Assembly (NCBI GenBank): GCA_963678315.1
Contig: OY782781.1
Span: 1,920,001 to 1,984,000, forward strand
Direction: 5' to 3'
From: Candidatus Cloacimonadales bacterium
Lineage (GTDB): Bacteria > Cloacimonadota > Cloacimonadia > Cloacimonadales > JAFGVF01
Length of the DNA stretch: 64,000 nucleotides
How positions within the stretch are numbered: the stretch's first letter is position 1; every line of letters starts with the position of its first letter. The position numbers and the translations under genes are program-made. Positions 28,676 through 40,500 of this stretch are shown in pieces. The notes under the pieces were generated by a model. That model made no database searches. It worked only from the letters and a program-made list of their open reading frames with translations, and had not been told where the DNA came from.

Positions 28676-29488
28676 CTACCTGACCGTTAAAAAATATATA
28701 ATGTAAATTATTGAGAATATCCAGCAATAAATTGAGAAATACATGAGTTTCTTCTTCTTAATTAGTTGTAACAAGAGTGTTATGACTAAAAGTCCAGAAA
28801 TAAAAGAACTTACCGCACCAGCTAGATAAATCTTTAAAACATCTGGGCTGATAGCTTGTATTTCATCAAGTTTAAGAACTGCTGCTCCAAGGATAGCTGG
28901 AATGCTAAGAAGAAAAGAGAATCTAGCAGCATCAGAACGCTTCATTCCTGAGAATAGAGAGAATGAAATAGTTGTTCCTGATCGAGAAATCCCTGGCATC
29001 ACAGCAAGTGCTTGACCTAATCCAATAAACATTGATTTAACAAAACCAATATTATTATCAGGTAATTTACCGCTAGGCATTCTATCAGAAGCAAATATAA
29101 TAAATCCATTAATAAATAAGAGTATAGCAACGATTAGTGGTAGCTGATATAATGATTCAAAATAATCTTTAAAAAAGAGGGTTATAACAGCAGTTACAGC
29201 CGTAGCAATTATGATGTAAGTGGCAACTCTGATGTTGTTATCATCTTGACTTGTTTTATTCTTTGAAAATAACTTGAAACAAGACATAACTATTGAAAAG
29301 ATGTCTTTAGAAAAATATATTAGAACTGCTAACAATGATCCTACATGAACAACTATCTCGAAAACCACTCCTGGTTCAGAAACATTTACTAAATCTTGTA
29401 CTATAACTAAATGCCCTGAACTTGAAACAGGTAAAAACTCTGTTAAACCTTGGATGATTCCTAATATTATTGAATTAATTAATGTCAT
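28676..29488 (-). CDS. uppP: Undecaprenyl-diphosphatase
   Basis: GIIQGLTEFLPVSSSGH, PGISRSGTT, RFSFLLSIP. Confidence 0.95.
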   Translation of the reverse strand: MTLINSIILGIIQGLTEFLPVSSSGHLVIVQDLVNVSEPGVVFEIVVHVGSLLAVLIYFSKDIFSIVMSCFKLFSKNKTSQDDNNIRVATYIIIATAVTAVITLFFKDYFESLYQLPLIVAILLFINGFIIFASDRMPSGKLPDNNIGFVKSMFIGLGQALAVMPGISRSGTTISFSLFSGMKRSDAARFSFLLSIPAILGAAVLKLDEIQAISPDVLKIYLAGAVSSFISGLLVITLLLQLIKKKKLMYFSIYCWIFSIIYIIYFLTVR

Positions 29489-29498
29489 TACTCACTCT

Positions 29499-30686
29499 CT
29501 ATTTAATTTTTGGTAGGTCAGATTTAAGTAGATCTGAAACGCTAACTAGCTTACATTTCTGTCTTTTTAACAGCTTTAAAATACTTTTTAGATTGTCAAT
29601 ATCTAATTTATTCCTAGCAGAGAGAAGAATCAGAGGTGTATTACTAATCTCAAGCAGGTCAATTACTTTAGAATTACTGACTTTCTTGTATGATAAAGCC
29701 CATGTTGAAGATACTTGATTTCTTTGGGCTAGTTTGTACGCAACCGATTTACTAGCTGTCATAGAATCAACATAATATAAATTATTCTTTTTACAGTAAT
29801 CTATAATTACTTTCATAAATTCTGCTTCTGTAGATGCAAACTGTCCAAAAGAATGTGTTATACCTTTTGCATTCTTTACATTAGTTCTCAGATTGTTTAA
29901 TTTTCGTTCTACAAGATATTCATTAACTGGATAAGTAACTGGTATCTCTCTTTTAGTAGATTCGTAATATCCATGTTTGTATGACTCTAAGGGGATAGTT
30001 AGCATTGTTTCTAAATCATTATCATTAGCTAAAGCAGATAATTCTGCTGAATAATCATAATCACCACAAAATGATAGAGTTATGTTATTATCCTTGAAAA
30101 GACTAATATTCTCGGTAACAATTTCTTTATTTTCACCCAGCTCTGAAATAACAACTGCAATCTTTTGCTCTTTAGTTAGGTGCTTATAAGGAGCTTTATC
30201 ATAGACTAATCTCAATAAATACTCATAGCTCTTATCCTTGCTGAGATAGGTTAGTTCATGACCAACAGAATAGTTCTTCCAATGAACAATTTTATTACCT
30301 GAAACAACATGCCCGTCAACACTTTCAACAGCTTGTTTTAATAGCATATTTACATAGTAAAAGTCAACTTCTCTTCTATCAAGTTTAAATCTTAAATAAA
30401 CTTTTCTAGGATTGCTTGTTGATTTATCTTCAAACCTTAAAATACTAGAATATATATTGTTTATACTGTCTTTTTGATGTTCATTATATGGAATTTTTAA
30501 TTTATAGGCAACATCATAAAGAGCTTTTTCTAAGGGAGTAATCGATGCCTGATGCCAAGGCATGCCAGACAAATCAATAATCTCTTCTTCCACTTCAACT
30601 TGAGGGATAACAGTTTCCTCTTCAGAACAGGAAGTAAGCAGGAAATTTGCTGTAAAGAACACTAATAAAGATAAAATAAATCTCAT
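29499..30686 (-). CDS. Lipoprotein with divergent polysaccharide deacetylase (YibQ-like) domain
   Basis: Lipobox LTSC; IAVVISELG, YYVDSMT.SKSVA; several canonical His/Asp residues appear substituted. Confidence 0.7.
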   Translation of the reverse strand: MRFILSLLVFFTANFLLTSCSEEETVIPQVEVEEEIIDLSGMPWHQASITPLEKALYDVAYKLKIPYNEHQKDSINNIYSSILRFEDKSTSNPRKVYLRFKLDRREVDFYYVNMLLKQAVESVDGHVVSGNKIVHWKNYSVGHELTYLSKDKSYEYLLRLVYDKAPYKHLTKEQKIAVVISELGENKEIVTENISLFKDNNITLSFCGDYDYSAELSALANDNDLETMLTIPLESYKHGYYESTKREIPVTYPVNEYLVERKLNNLRTNVKNAKGITHSFGQFASTEAEFMKVIIDYCKKNNLYYVDSMTASKSVAYKLAQRNQVSSTWALSYKKVSNSKVIDLLEISNTPLILLSARNKLDIDNLKSILKLLKRQKCKLVSVSDLLKSDLPKIK

Positions 30687-30687
30687 T

Positions 30688-31359
30688 CTAGAAATTGATG
30701 TTTAAGTTAACCATTGGAGTGTAATCACTTTTTAGTGATGTATTCAAAGAGACTTTAGGGGTCTTATTTCTATTCTTATATCTAATCATCATGTCTATTG
30801 TAGAAATTAAATGATTAGCGATTATCACACCTACAAGTGTCTTGCTATAGTCTTCATAATCATGGTAATCTCTTCGAAGGGAGTTATATTTATATCGATT
30901 ACTAGAACTATCCCATCTCCAGTTCATGTTTTCAGCTATTTGATTTTCATTAATATATTCTTGTTGTGCTACATTATCTCCAGGGAATAATTCTGCAGCT
31001 TGTTCAAGAACTTCTTGATTATAACCATTAGGTTCAAAATATGAAGAATCATATCTACCTATAGTTTTATAATAGTCGTTGCTGTAGCTTTCAGAACCAA
31101 TATGAGCATATTTTATAGCATAATTGATGCTATGCTCTTTGTTTATATCAGCTTCATTATCACAATAAAGTTTGGATGAAATCAAGACTACTTCTGTTGC
31201 TAAATTAATATAACCAGTATTATTACCTGAAGCTAATTGTCCCCAGCCAGGGATGATCATGGATTTGATGATTGAGTAACTATAATTCTGGGCAAATAAT
31301 CCTGCAACTGATAATGCTAAAAGACAGATTAGAGCAAATTTTTTAGAACTTAAAACCAT
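30688..31359 (-). CDS. DUF5683-like envelope protein, paralog 3
   Basis: Signal peptide, SMIIPGWGQ, WRWDS, NHLISTID, terminal Phe. Confidence 0.65.
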   Translation of the reverse strand: MVLSSKKFALICLLALSVAGLFAQNYSYSIIKSMIIPGWGQLASGNNTGYINLATEVVLISSKLYCDNEADINKEHSINYAIKYAHIGSESYSNDYYKTIGRYDSSYFEPNGYNQEVLEQAAELFPGDNVAQQEYINENQIAENMNWRWDSSSNRYKYNSLRRDYHDYEDYSKTLVGVIIANHLISTIDMMIRYKNRNKTPKVSLNTSLKSDYTPMVNLNINF

Positions 31360-32008
31360 AATTAACCATTACCCCCTCATTTTCAAAATCTGGAATTACA
31401 TTAAAAGAATGTTTTTCATTAAATTGTTTATTATGTTTACTTGATCTTACAGCACTTATAATGGCACTATAAACATGATTTACGATGATTGTTCCTACAA
31501 CAATGTTTCCACGTTGTAAGTACTTCTGTTTTCTAGCTCTGATATCTTTATATTTACTGTAATTCTCTTTTGATTCCCAGTCCCAAGACTCTTCTTCTGA
31601 AATAGAGTTATTGTTAACAAAAGTATAATAATCTTGTGTACCATAGCCATAATAATTCTGAGCATTGAGTCTAACATTTTCATTATAAACATCACTAGAA
31701 ATCTGGCTGTTGACTAAGTCATAATAACTTGATTCTACACTGCTATCAAAACCAAGAGTATTTTGAGCATAAGTTCTGTATGAGCTAAGTGCTCTATCTT
31801 CTTCACTGTTATAGTGCAAAAGAGTAGCAATTAAGGCTATTTCAGTAGCTAAAGAAATTGAACCTTTTACATAATCTCTTCTATAGAAATCTCCTGCACC
31901 TGGAATGGCTGCAGATAGGGCAAATGATAATTTAGTTGAATATGTTCTCTCTGCAACTAAGGTAAGAGTTGAACAAAGTATTAGAATATATATTATTATT
32001 TTTTTCAA
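31343..32008 (-). CDS. DUF5683-like envelope protein, paralog 2
   Basis: Signal peptide, LSAAIPGAG, WDWES, NHVYSA, terminal Phe. Confidence 0.65.
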   Translation of the reverse strand: MKKIIIYILILCSTLTLVAERTYSTKLSFALSAAIPGAGDFYRRDYVKGSISLATEIALIATLLHYNSEEDRALSSYRTYAQNTLGFDSSVESSYYDLVNSQISSDVYNENVRLNAQNYYGYGTQDYYTFVNNNSISEEESWDWESKENYSKYKDIRARKQKYLQRGNIVVGTIIVNHVYSAIISAVRSSKHNKQFNEKHSFNVIPDFENEGVMVNYGFKF

Positions 32009-32974
32009 TTAAAACCTCTGTGTGAAAAATAACATTGGTGTTAGTTTGTTATTTTGCATAGTAGCATAGTAGTTAACATCAAAAGACTTTTGGCTAAGAT
32101 AGTTTTTATTATGTTTCTTTACTGCAAAATAAGCATCTACTGCGGATACTGCTCTATTTAATAACATTCCAAAAACAAAGTTTTCAGCTGTATCGAATTG
32201 TTTTTGTGCGTCTTTTCTCATGCTAATGTATCTTTCTCTATATGCTGAATAAGGAGCATCGTAAGAATTATCATCAGATCCATTCTCAATGAAGTCTTCA
32301 TTAACAATTGAGAAACCTAGAAGTCTATGATTATTGTCATCTGAAGACCAAGTAATATCAGGATTAGAAAAATTATCAAGCATGAAATTACCTGTATCTT
32401 CATTCTCAGGATTAAAATTATGAGCGTATAACTCATACCAGTCAACCCAACCATAAACATACTTGTCGTATTTACCAACATCTTCGTAGAAGTGCTGAGT
32501 ATTACCTTCATCAAGCCTGTATAGTCCTTGACCTGTTGCATAATCATAATCGTATATATCGTTTTCATTCACATCAGAAATATATTCTTGAACAATCTTC
32601 TGGAAGTCTCTGTTATATCTAGGTCCATCATAAATAACGTTGCCAGTCTGGTCTAATAGAGTAATATTCTCACCATTAACGTATTTTTCATAATCTTTTT
32701 CTTGGTCATGACCTTTATTATCATAATAGTAATATCCATAAACTAGAGCTGCATCAATGATAGGGAACAGATAGCTATGCCATCTTGTATGGTCAGCATA
32801 AACAGAACCAGCACCTGGTACAATTAATGACATGAGAATAGCAAGTTTAGCACTCTTTTTATCATAATTAACTTCAATAATATCATTCTCTAATTCTAGA
32901 TTATCGATGCTTGGTGTACTATTCAGAATCATCATTGATATTAATATAATGATTAATAATGTAGCTTTTTTCAT
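32009..32974 (-). CDS. DUF5683-like envelope protein, paralog 1
   Basis: Signal peptide, KKSAKLAILMSLIVPGAG, NRAVSAVDA, terminal Phe. Confidence 0.65.
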   Translation of the reverse strand: MKKATLLIIILISMMILNSTPSIDNLELENDIIEVNYDKKSAKLAILMSLIVPGAGSVYADHTRWHSYLFPIIDAALVYGYYYYDNKGHDQEKDYEKYVNGENITLLDQTGNVIYDGPRYNRDFQKIVQEYISDVNENDIYDYDYATGQGLYRLDEGNTQHFYEDVGKYDKYVYGWVDWYELYAHNFNPENEDTGNFMLDNFSNPDITWSSDDNNHRLLGFSIVNEDFIENGSDDNSYDAPYSAYRERYISMRKDAQKQFDTAENFVFGMLLNRAVSAVDAYFAVKKHNKNYLSQKSFDVNYYATMQNNKLTPMLFFTQRF

Positions 32975-32982
32975 ATAACCTC

Positions 32983-35900
32983 CTACTTAATTACAGCGAA
33001 TTTAAACTTCTTAGTTTTAGTAGCACTTACTAGTCCCCAATATACTCCTGAAGAATATTTACTAGTATCAATAATTCTGTCTACATGGTCAAAATTATTG
33101 TTCTCTACAATAAATTCATCTAATTTCTTACCAGAAATACTGTATATTCTTACCTGGCAATTATGAGAGTCCATACCTTTTATTCTAAGAGTAGCATGAT
33201 AATCTTTCACTGGATTAGGAAAGACATAGGCATCAAACTCGATTGAATTATCGATAGGAACATCTTCTTGCTCAAAAGTATAACATCTATTGAGATTATT
33301 ATTATCTGGATCCCATAATATTGATTCAATAGGCATTATAGAGTTAGTCCAATTTATTGTAATTGAATTTTCAAATCTATTTAACTGATATAGTTTATCT
33401 GAAATAACATCATAAGAGAACTTTTTATCTAAAGAATTATTCTTAATAGAATATCTATCAACTATTTTGTTGGTATTTATGTTATAAGCCATCAAATTAG
33501 TCTCATCTACAGGTAGATAGATTATGTTACTTAAGTCATCTTTATTCATGTAAGATAAATCATAGACTTTGATATCTCTTTCTTGAGTAAATGTATTATC
33601 AAAGAAATTTCTTGGGAAATTGTACAAGAATGTGCCATCAAGATAAAGAGCATATAAGATGTTTTGATTTGCAACTAGTATAACAGGAATATCATCTTTT
33701 TCCATTAATGCAATGTTTGCGGATTTACCACTGAATAATTCTGAGAAATCATAAACAAGGTCAATAAGGTTATCATGATATATGTATAGCTGATTATTGT
33801 CTGTTAGGAATAATATGCTGTTAATCTCTTGGTCATCACCTTTAAACTGGAATGCTATTGGGTGATTATGGCTAACTGAAGAAGGTAGCTCTACTTCAAT
33901 AATGTCTGTAATGAAGTCTGAACCAATCTCCTTGATAAAGAACTTTGTGTTATCAAACAATACTAAAGAATTGTTGTTACCTAATATATAGTTTGATACA
34001 AGCGGGATAACATCATAGTTGAATGTATTATCTGAAATTCTATAATCAAACACTAAGGTGCTTTCATTTGTTGGGATAACAATTCTATTGTTCACTATGA
34101 TTGGTTGAGCAATTATATCTGCAGGAAGATCAAAACTATTAACTGAATTATTTGCATAAACATAAAACTTGTTCTTAGAGAAAAGTATTATTTCATCATT
34201 TTCATCAGCATTTAAATCAATAATTATATTGTTATATTTCAAATTATCAAAATTAAAAGGTATAGTGTTTGAGTAATCAAAACTACCAGTTTCCTCTGGA
34301 AGATAATAAATATCGATACCACGCTCTCTTATGGCAGCTATTTCTGGTTGTTTGGTTAGTCCATTAATAAAGCCTGAATATCCTAGAAACTCTCCATTGT
34401 CAGAATCATTGAAAATGATATTTGATGAATGTTGGTAAACTTCTGACCCGAAAGAGAAAGACATTGTTGCCCCAGAATTAGATATGTTGAAGATACCTAA
34501 GGACGAAATATTCCCAAAAGAATCTTCTAAAGGAGGATTTGATATTCCATTTAATGCATCATTATGAATATCGGTTGATGACCATTCTGTAAAGTAGGTT
34601 GCACCAAGAGTATCAATTAATACAGGCATATTCTTGAAATAGTATTCGGAAGCAGTACCGGTCCACCATCTTGCATAAATATTTCCGATATCAGGAATAT
34701 CATCTGCTTCGATAATTTCAACACCTCTATTGTAATATGATGTATTGATATAGTTATTCTGGAAATTAGAAACAAAGTTACCTTCTGAATCAGTTGTACC
34801 TTGATTATAAAGTATGTCCTCATTGACTTTCCAAACTAAAAGACCTCCACCTACAGCATCTCCGTATTCTGAAATATAGGAAGGTAGTAAATAGTCATAT
34901 TCAAGAGTAGGGGAGTTGTTATCATCATAGATACCAGTAGGATAGAGTGAGATTCTACCATCTAATGATGAATGAATAGCTGCACCACCGTCACCATCAG
35001 GGTCAACAGATTTGTTCTCAATAAGAATATATTCATTATTATTTAACTGATATTTATATATATAAGGGTTAGAATCATGATTATGTTTCTGTTCAGCACA
35101 ATCAATGAGTATATTATCTATATCAGACAAAGATTCTAAATCTTTAAGAATGTTATTATCTCTAAATTGCTGTTCAAACATAAGCTCTTTTGAAAAAGCA
35201 CCTGGTAAAGCAGGCAATGCCCCTTCAATAGCAACAATTTTACCTGTTTCACTATCTTGGTAATTTGCTTCAGTACCACCACCTGAATCCATTATGTCAA
35301 AGGCTCCTACTTCAGGTTGGAAACTATTTACAGCATATAAATCCACTAATCCCATAGAATGACCAAACTCGTGGAACATAACCCCATTTAGTGCCCCGTA
35401 ACCTGTAACAATAGTATATTCACCACTCTGATATTCTTGTATATCCTGAGTAATTGTTTCTGGAATATTACAAGCATGATCAATTTTAAAGTCTCCATCA
35501 ACTACAGCCTCTTTTCCAGTTCCTACTCTAATGAAAAAAGAAGGAATATCAACAGGGGAATCATATAATACATCGTGTTGCCAATCAGAACCAGCGTGGA
35601 TAATCATATAATGATCATATTCTGAAAAAACTATTTCAGGATCTTCACTATCTGCAAGCTCAAGTGATTCTTTAAAATACTCTTCCATTTTAGATACAAA
35701 AACATCACCAGAAGCCCCTACTGGGTTATAATATGACATTTGTTGAGATAAAGTGTAACAGCTTTTATCTTTAGGCCATATATCCCATTCTAAATCAAAC
35801 GTTCCGAGACTTGCAGCGCTATAATAATACTTCATTGCAAGAGCCATCTCATTATAGTATTCTTGATTATGAGGTGGTTTAGAAATATTTGGAATATAGT

Positions 35901-36183
35901 TTGCTGGTACTTCCATTTGGAATTGGCCATTACCTGTAGAATTAGGGTCATCCACAACTTCTTCTTGGAAGCCAATGAGTAATATTAAAAGTCTATTATT
36001 ATCACTGCTTATTTTATCTCTTCTTTGCCCATCTTTTTTAATTGAACTCAAAGCTTGTTCCATTGGATGAATCTTTTTATTGTTTATTGAATTATCATGC
36101 TGTATTGGAACTATCTTTGTAGAAAAGGCAAATTGGGGAATAATCCCCAATATTACCATTAATAAAATTGTATATCTTTTCAT
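32983..36183 (-). CDS. M6/immune-inhibitor-A-like zinc metalloprotease with T9SS-type C-terminal domain
   Basis: IIHAG, HEFGHSMGLVDLY, DIMDSG; CTD VFPNP...IYSISGK...SSGVY...KFAVIK. Confidence 0.8.
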   Translation of the reverse strand: MKRYTILLMVILGIIPQFAFSTKIVPIQHDNSINNKKIHPMEQALSSIKKDGQRRDKISSDNNRLLILLIGFQEEVVDDPNSTGNGQFQMEVPANYIPNISKPPHNQEYYNEMALAMKYYYSAASLGTFDLEWDIWPKDKSCYTLSQQMSYYNPVGASGDVFVSKMEEYFKESLELADSEDPEIVFSEYDHYMIIHAGSDWQHDVLYDSPVDIPSFFIRVGTGKEAVVDGDFKIDHACNIPETITQDIQEYQSGEYTIVTGYGALNGVMFHEFGHSMGLVDLYAVNSFQPEVGAFDIMDSGGGTEANYQDSETGKIVAIEGALPALPGAFSKELMFEQQFRDNNILKDLESLSDIDNILIDCAEQKHNHDSNPYIYKYQLNNNEYILIENKSVDPDGDGGAAIHSSLDGRISLYPTGIYDDNNSPTLEYDYLLPSYISEYGDAVGGGLLVWKVNEDILYNQGTTDSEGNFVSNFQNNYINTSYYNRGVEIIEADDIPDIGNIYARWWTGTASEYYFKNMPVLIDTLGATYFTEWSSTDIHNDALNGISNPPLEDSFGNISSLGIFNISNSGATMSFSFGSEVYQHSSNIIFNDSDNGEFLGYSGFINGLTKQPEIAAIRERGIDIYYLPEETGSFDYSNTIPFNFDNLKYNNIIIDLNADENDEIILFSKNKFYVYANNSVNSFDLPADIIAQPIIVNNRIVIPTNESTLVFDYRISDNTFNYDVIPLVSNYILGNNNSLVLFDNTKFFIKEIGSDFITDIIEVELPSSVSHNHPIAFQFKGDDQEINSILFLTDNNQLYIYHDNLIDLVYDFSELFSGKSANIALMEKDDIPVILVANQNILYALYLDGTFLYNFPRNFFDNTFTQERDIKVYDLSYMNKDDLSNIIYLPVDETNLMAYNINTNKIVDRYSIKNNSLDKKFSYDVISDKLYQLNRFENSITINWTNSIMPIESILWDPDNNNLNRCYTFEQEDVPIDNSIEFDAYVFPNPVKDYHATLRIKGMDSHNCQVRIYSISGKKLDEFIVENNNFDHVDRIIDTSKYSSGVYWGLVSATKTKKFKFAVIK

Positions 36184-36206
36184 AGATTAATCGAATACTT
36201 ATTTAT

Positions 36207-37259
36207 TTAGAATTCAAGACTTAATGAGAAAGTCTTGTTGTAATCAGTTAACTCACCACCTTGTTGCATAGCAAAGTCAGCAGAAAGTTTGTATTTATTT
36301 TGGAAAGTATAGTGAATACCTGCACCGAATGATGGTCCAACAATTTCACCAGCTTTATCGTTAACATATCCACCACGTAGTGATAGCAATTGTAAATAGG
36401 TATATTCAACACCAGCATTGTAGATATAGTTATCATCGTCCCAGTCAGAGATTAATCGTGTTAAAACACCATCTTCATTAGCAAGTACTTTGTTAACATC
36501 GGCGTTGATTCTAACATCAGAAAACTCATCATTCCAAGCATTGTATGATAGACCTGTTCTAAAGTTCATAGGTAGAGGGTCATCTTGAGCATCATCTACA
36601 TAAGTGATATCTGGACCAACGTTTTGTAGGTTAAGTCCCCAAGATAATTCGCCAATCATAGGATTATCTAAAGCAAGGTATTCTAGAATATCTCTGCATT
36701 TAACTGCAAAGTCGAAAGCGAAAGTCATTCCTTCACCTTTACTATCTGTGTTACCTGTACCAGGGCCTAAATCAGATCTGATGAATTTAAAGTTAGAACC
36801 TAATCCCCAGTTTTCATCAACTTGGTAGCCGTATGAAAAAGCTGCTGCAAAGGCATAAGAATCGAAAGTTCCAAGATCTTCATTGTTTTCACCTGTTTGT
36901 TGTTGTGAGCCTAGATTCATGAATTGTACAAAGAAACCAATGTTTCCAATTTCGGGATAGTAGTTGTTCCAGCTTAAGAATTCATAATATATGTCATCAA
37001 TACCAGAATCTTGTAACCAGTTAGTATGCATTCCTGCAATTTGATTTTTTCTGTTAAATGCCATACTTCCCGGATTCCAATATGTTGCATAACCGTCATC
37101 GGCTTGGGCTACGAAAGCTTCGCCCATACCACCAGGTCTTGAACCTGGAACAATCAGCATCCAAACTAAAGCTTCTTCTGAAACAGCACTAAGAATTGTA
37201 GGTAGAGTAACTAAAAGAGCTAATATACCAATTACAATCTTATTTCTTGATCTTAACAT
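36207..37259 (-). CDS. porV: PorV/PorQ-family outer-membrane beta-barrel
   Basis: PGSRPGGMGEAFVAQADD..ATYWNP, NVGP.ITY, DPLPMNFR, LRGGY, terminal Phe. Confidence 0.8.
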   Translation of the reverse strand: MLRSRNKIVIGILALLVTLPTILSAVSEEALVWMLIVPGSRPGGMGEAFVAQADDGYATYWNPGSMAFNRKNQIAGMHTNWLQDSGIDDIYYEFLSWNNYYPEIGNIGFFVQFMNLGSQQQTGENNEDLGTFDSYAFAAAFSYGYQVDENWGLGSNFKFIRSDLGPGTGNTDSKGEGMTFAFDFAVKCRDILEYLALDNPMIGELSWGLNLQNVGPDITYVDDAQDDPLPMNFRTGLSYNAWNDEFSDVRINADVNKVLANEDGVLTRLISDWDDDNYIYNAGVEYTYLQLLSLRGGYVNDKAGEIVGPSFGAGIHYTFQNKYKLSADFAMQQGGELTDYNKTFSLSLEF

Positions 37260-37403
37260 CTATTTCCTCCAACATTATTATCTGTGATAATTAATATAGT
37301 GTAGTTTATCTAATAAACCACATTTCTTCAAAAATGTCTAAAATAAAAAATAGTCAAGAAAATTAGCAATTATTTCTTCTCTTACTCCTAAGTTATAAGT
37401 TTA

Positions 37404-37490
37404 TGGTGCCGAAGGCCGGACTCGAACCGGCACGAGCATATACTCGGAGGATTTTGAATCCACTGCGTCTACCAATTTCACCACTCCGGC
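37404..37490 (-). tRNA. tRNA-Leu (CAA)
   Basis: GCCGGAGTGGTGAAATTGGTAGACGC.GTGGATTCAAAATCCTC, variable arm, GGTTCGAGTCC, CTTCGGCACCA. Confidence 0.93.
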
Positions 37491-37598
37491 ACTTAATCCC
37501 TTTTATTCCTCAACAATAATGTGTCAAGAAAAAATAAGCTAGAATACACTATTTAGCTCCGAAATGCAATTGTTGTTTTGCAATTAAGTTTTAGCTAA

Positions 37599-40500
37599 TT
37601 AAGATTTTAATATATCCAAATAATCTTTTAAAATCTCAAGTGCAATCTCAATAATTGTTCTTTTCTTTAAAGTCTTAACATTGAATATTATTGAAAATTT
37701 ATCTGTAGTTTCGAATTTTACAGGATAAGATACAGTGCTAATAAGCTTCATAACCTGACTTCGAGGAGGTGTTTTCTCACTAGGGTATTCTAAAACAACA
37801 GTTCTGTTTTTTATGTTACATGAAGAAAGTCCAAGCTTATTGGCAAGTAATCTTAGTTCAAAATAGTTGATAGCATGCTTAGCTTCAACAGGCAACTTTC
37901 CGAATCTATCAATCAATTCTTCTTGTAACTCATTGAATTCTTCGGTTGTTTCAAGTTCCTTCATTCTTCTGTAAAGATTAATTCTTTCTTTCTCATCAGA
38001 TATATAAGATTCAGGGAAATAGAAATCTACTTTAATTTTTAATGCTTCTAGGTTTTCACGTTTTTCATTCTCTTCAAAAATCTTGTTTTTGTTATTATCA
38101 ATATTCTCCATGGCTTCTCTAAGGAGTCTATTATAATAATTGAAGCCTACTGATTTGATAGTTCCCGATTGCTTTGTACCAAGCAAAGAACCTGCTCCTC
38201 GAATCTCTAAATCTCTGAGAGCTATTTGATATCCCGCACCTAAGTAGTCATATTCAGTTAAAGCATTAAGCCTTTCCCTTGCATCAAAAGATATATTCTC
38301 AGGAATTAGGAAATAGGCATAAGCACGTCTATTAGATCTTCCTACTCGACCTCTAATTTGATATAATTGAGCAAGACCGAATGTATCTGCTCGATTAACA
38401 ATCATGGTATTGGCATTAGGGATATCAATACCGTTTTCAATGATAGTGGTCGATACTAGAACATCAAATTTGTGTTGATAGAAATCAATAATCAATTGTT
38501 CAAGTTGCTTGCCAGACATTTGACCGTGACCTATTCTGAAATTGACATCTGGCAGTAGTGCTTCTAGGTTAGATGTTATAGTTCTAATAGTTGAAACTCT
38601 ATTATGTAGAAAGAATACTTGCCCTCCTCTATCAACTTCTCGTCGAATAGCATCTTTAATAACCTCATCATCAAAAGGAGAAACTATAGTCCTGACAGGT
38701 AATCTCTCTTTTGGAGATGTTTTTATCAATGATATATCTTTTAGCTTTGAAAGCGCCATTGATAGTGTTCTAGGTATAGGCGTTGCTGACATGTATAGTG
38801 TGTCAACATTGGATTTAAGCTGTCTAATCTTTTCTTTTTGTCTAACTCCAAATCTATGTTCTTCATCTACTATTAGCAAACCTAAACGCTTAAAAGCAAC
38901 GTCTTTGGAAAGAAGTCTGTGTGTTCCGATAGCAATATCAACTGAACCTTCTGAGATATCGATAATTTCTTGTTTCAATCTTCTAGGAGATCTAAATCTT
39001 GAAAGCATAGCAATTTTAACAGGGTACTGAGCTAATCTTTCTCTAAATACAATATAATGCTGTTCCGCTAAAAGTGTTGTAGGAACCAGAACTGCAACTT
39101 GATAACCACTCATTACAGCCTTAAAAGCTGCACGTATTGCTACTTCAGTTTTACCAAAACCAACATCACCACACAGTAGTCTTTCCATACTGATAGGTGA
39201 TTCCATATCTTCTTTAATCTCTTTAGTAGCTTGCAATTGATCGTGGGTCTCTTCATATAGAAAAGCATCTTCCATTTCAATTTGCCAATTGTTATCTGGT
39301 TCATGAGCAAGACCTATTCTCATTTTACGTTCAGCATATAAATCTAAGATATCTTGGGCTATCAGCTCAATTTGCGATTTAGCTTTTTTCTTTTGGTTAT
39401 TCCATTTCTTAGAACCTATTTTATGAACTGCAGGTTCTGAACCTTCATCAGCGATGTATTTACTAATTAACTGTATTTGAAAAGTAGGAACATAAATTCT
39501 ATCTCCACCAGCATAATTTAGCACCAAGCAGTCTATATTATTACCATCAATTAGCATTCTTTTGAGAGATTCAAAAATACCTATTCCATGGTCTATATGA
39601 ACAACATAATCTCCTGGATTTAGTGAGTCGTAATCTACTAATGATTCTTTCTTGGAGAACTTAGATTTGTAATGTTTGGCTTCATACCTATTATAAATAT
39701 CATGATCAGTGTATAGAATTAACTTCTGTTCTGGAAGCTCAAATCCATCTTTTAGTACACCAGTAATAAAAGAAATTTTATCAGCAACATTTGAAAGAAG
39801 TTCTTGCATTCTCTTTGATTGACTACTATTATCTGATTGAATGAAAATATTATATCTATACTCTATGTATTTATTAAGATTATCTTCAAACTTAACAAAA
39901 TCTGCATTGAATTTTTCGATTGAGTTGAAGTTTAGGGTCATGCTATTGGATTTAATCTCAAGTTTTTGAGAAGATCTTTCTAAGAAAATAGAATGTTTAG
40001 TTTTGATTACAGAATGTATATAATTGTAGTCTTGAAATAGCTTGTTTGGTTCAGCAACAATTGCATCTTTATCTTTAGCCTTAACTCTTTGGTATAGCTG
40101 GTTTGTTTCGTTAAATATTTCTATTGAATCCCCTTTAACATATTGGAACTCATCCCAGAATATGCTTGTGTTGGCACTAAAGTAATCTATGAGTGTTTGA
40201 CAATTGTTGTAGAATAAAGTTACATCTTGCTCTATACCTTCATAGAATCCATCTTCAGTAATTTTTTCTTGTAAGGGGGATTTACCATCAATATCATGTA
40301 GTGAAATCTCTCTTACAGGCAGAAGTTCTACACTCGAAACTTCTAACTTCTGAGATTTTTGTGATTGAGGGGAGAAGAATCTTATAGTTTCAATCTCATC
40401 ACCAAAGAAGTCTATTCTTAAGGGTAGTGAATGATTTGGAGAATAGACATCTATAATACCACCTCTTTTTGAAGCTTGTCCTACTTTACCTACTTGAAAG

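Noticed and set aside
38542..39030. 162-aa plus-strand ORF and the other short ORFs antisense or out of frame to long genes (e.g. 62890-63255, 56212-56517)
   Set aside because: Shadow ORFs overlapping well-supported genes, with no motifs.
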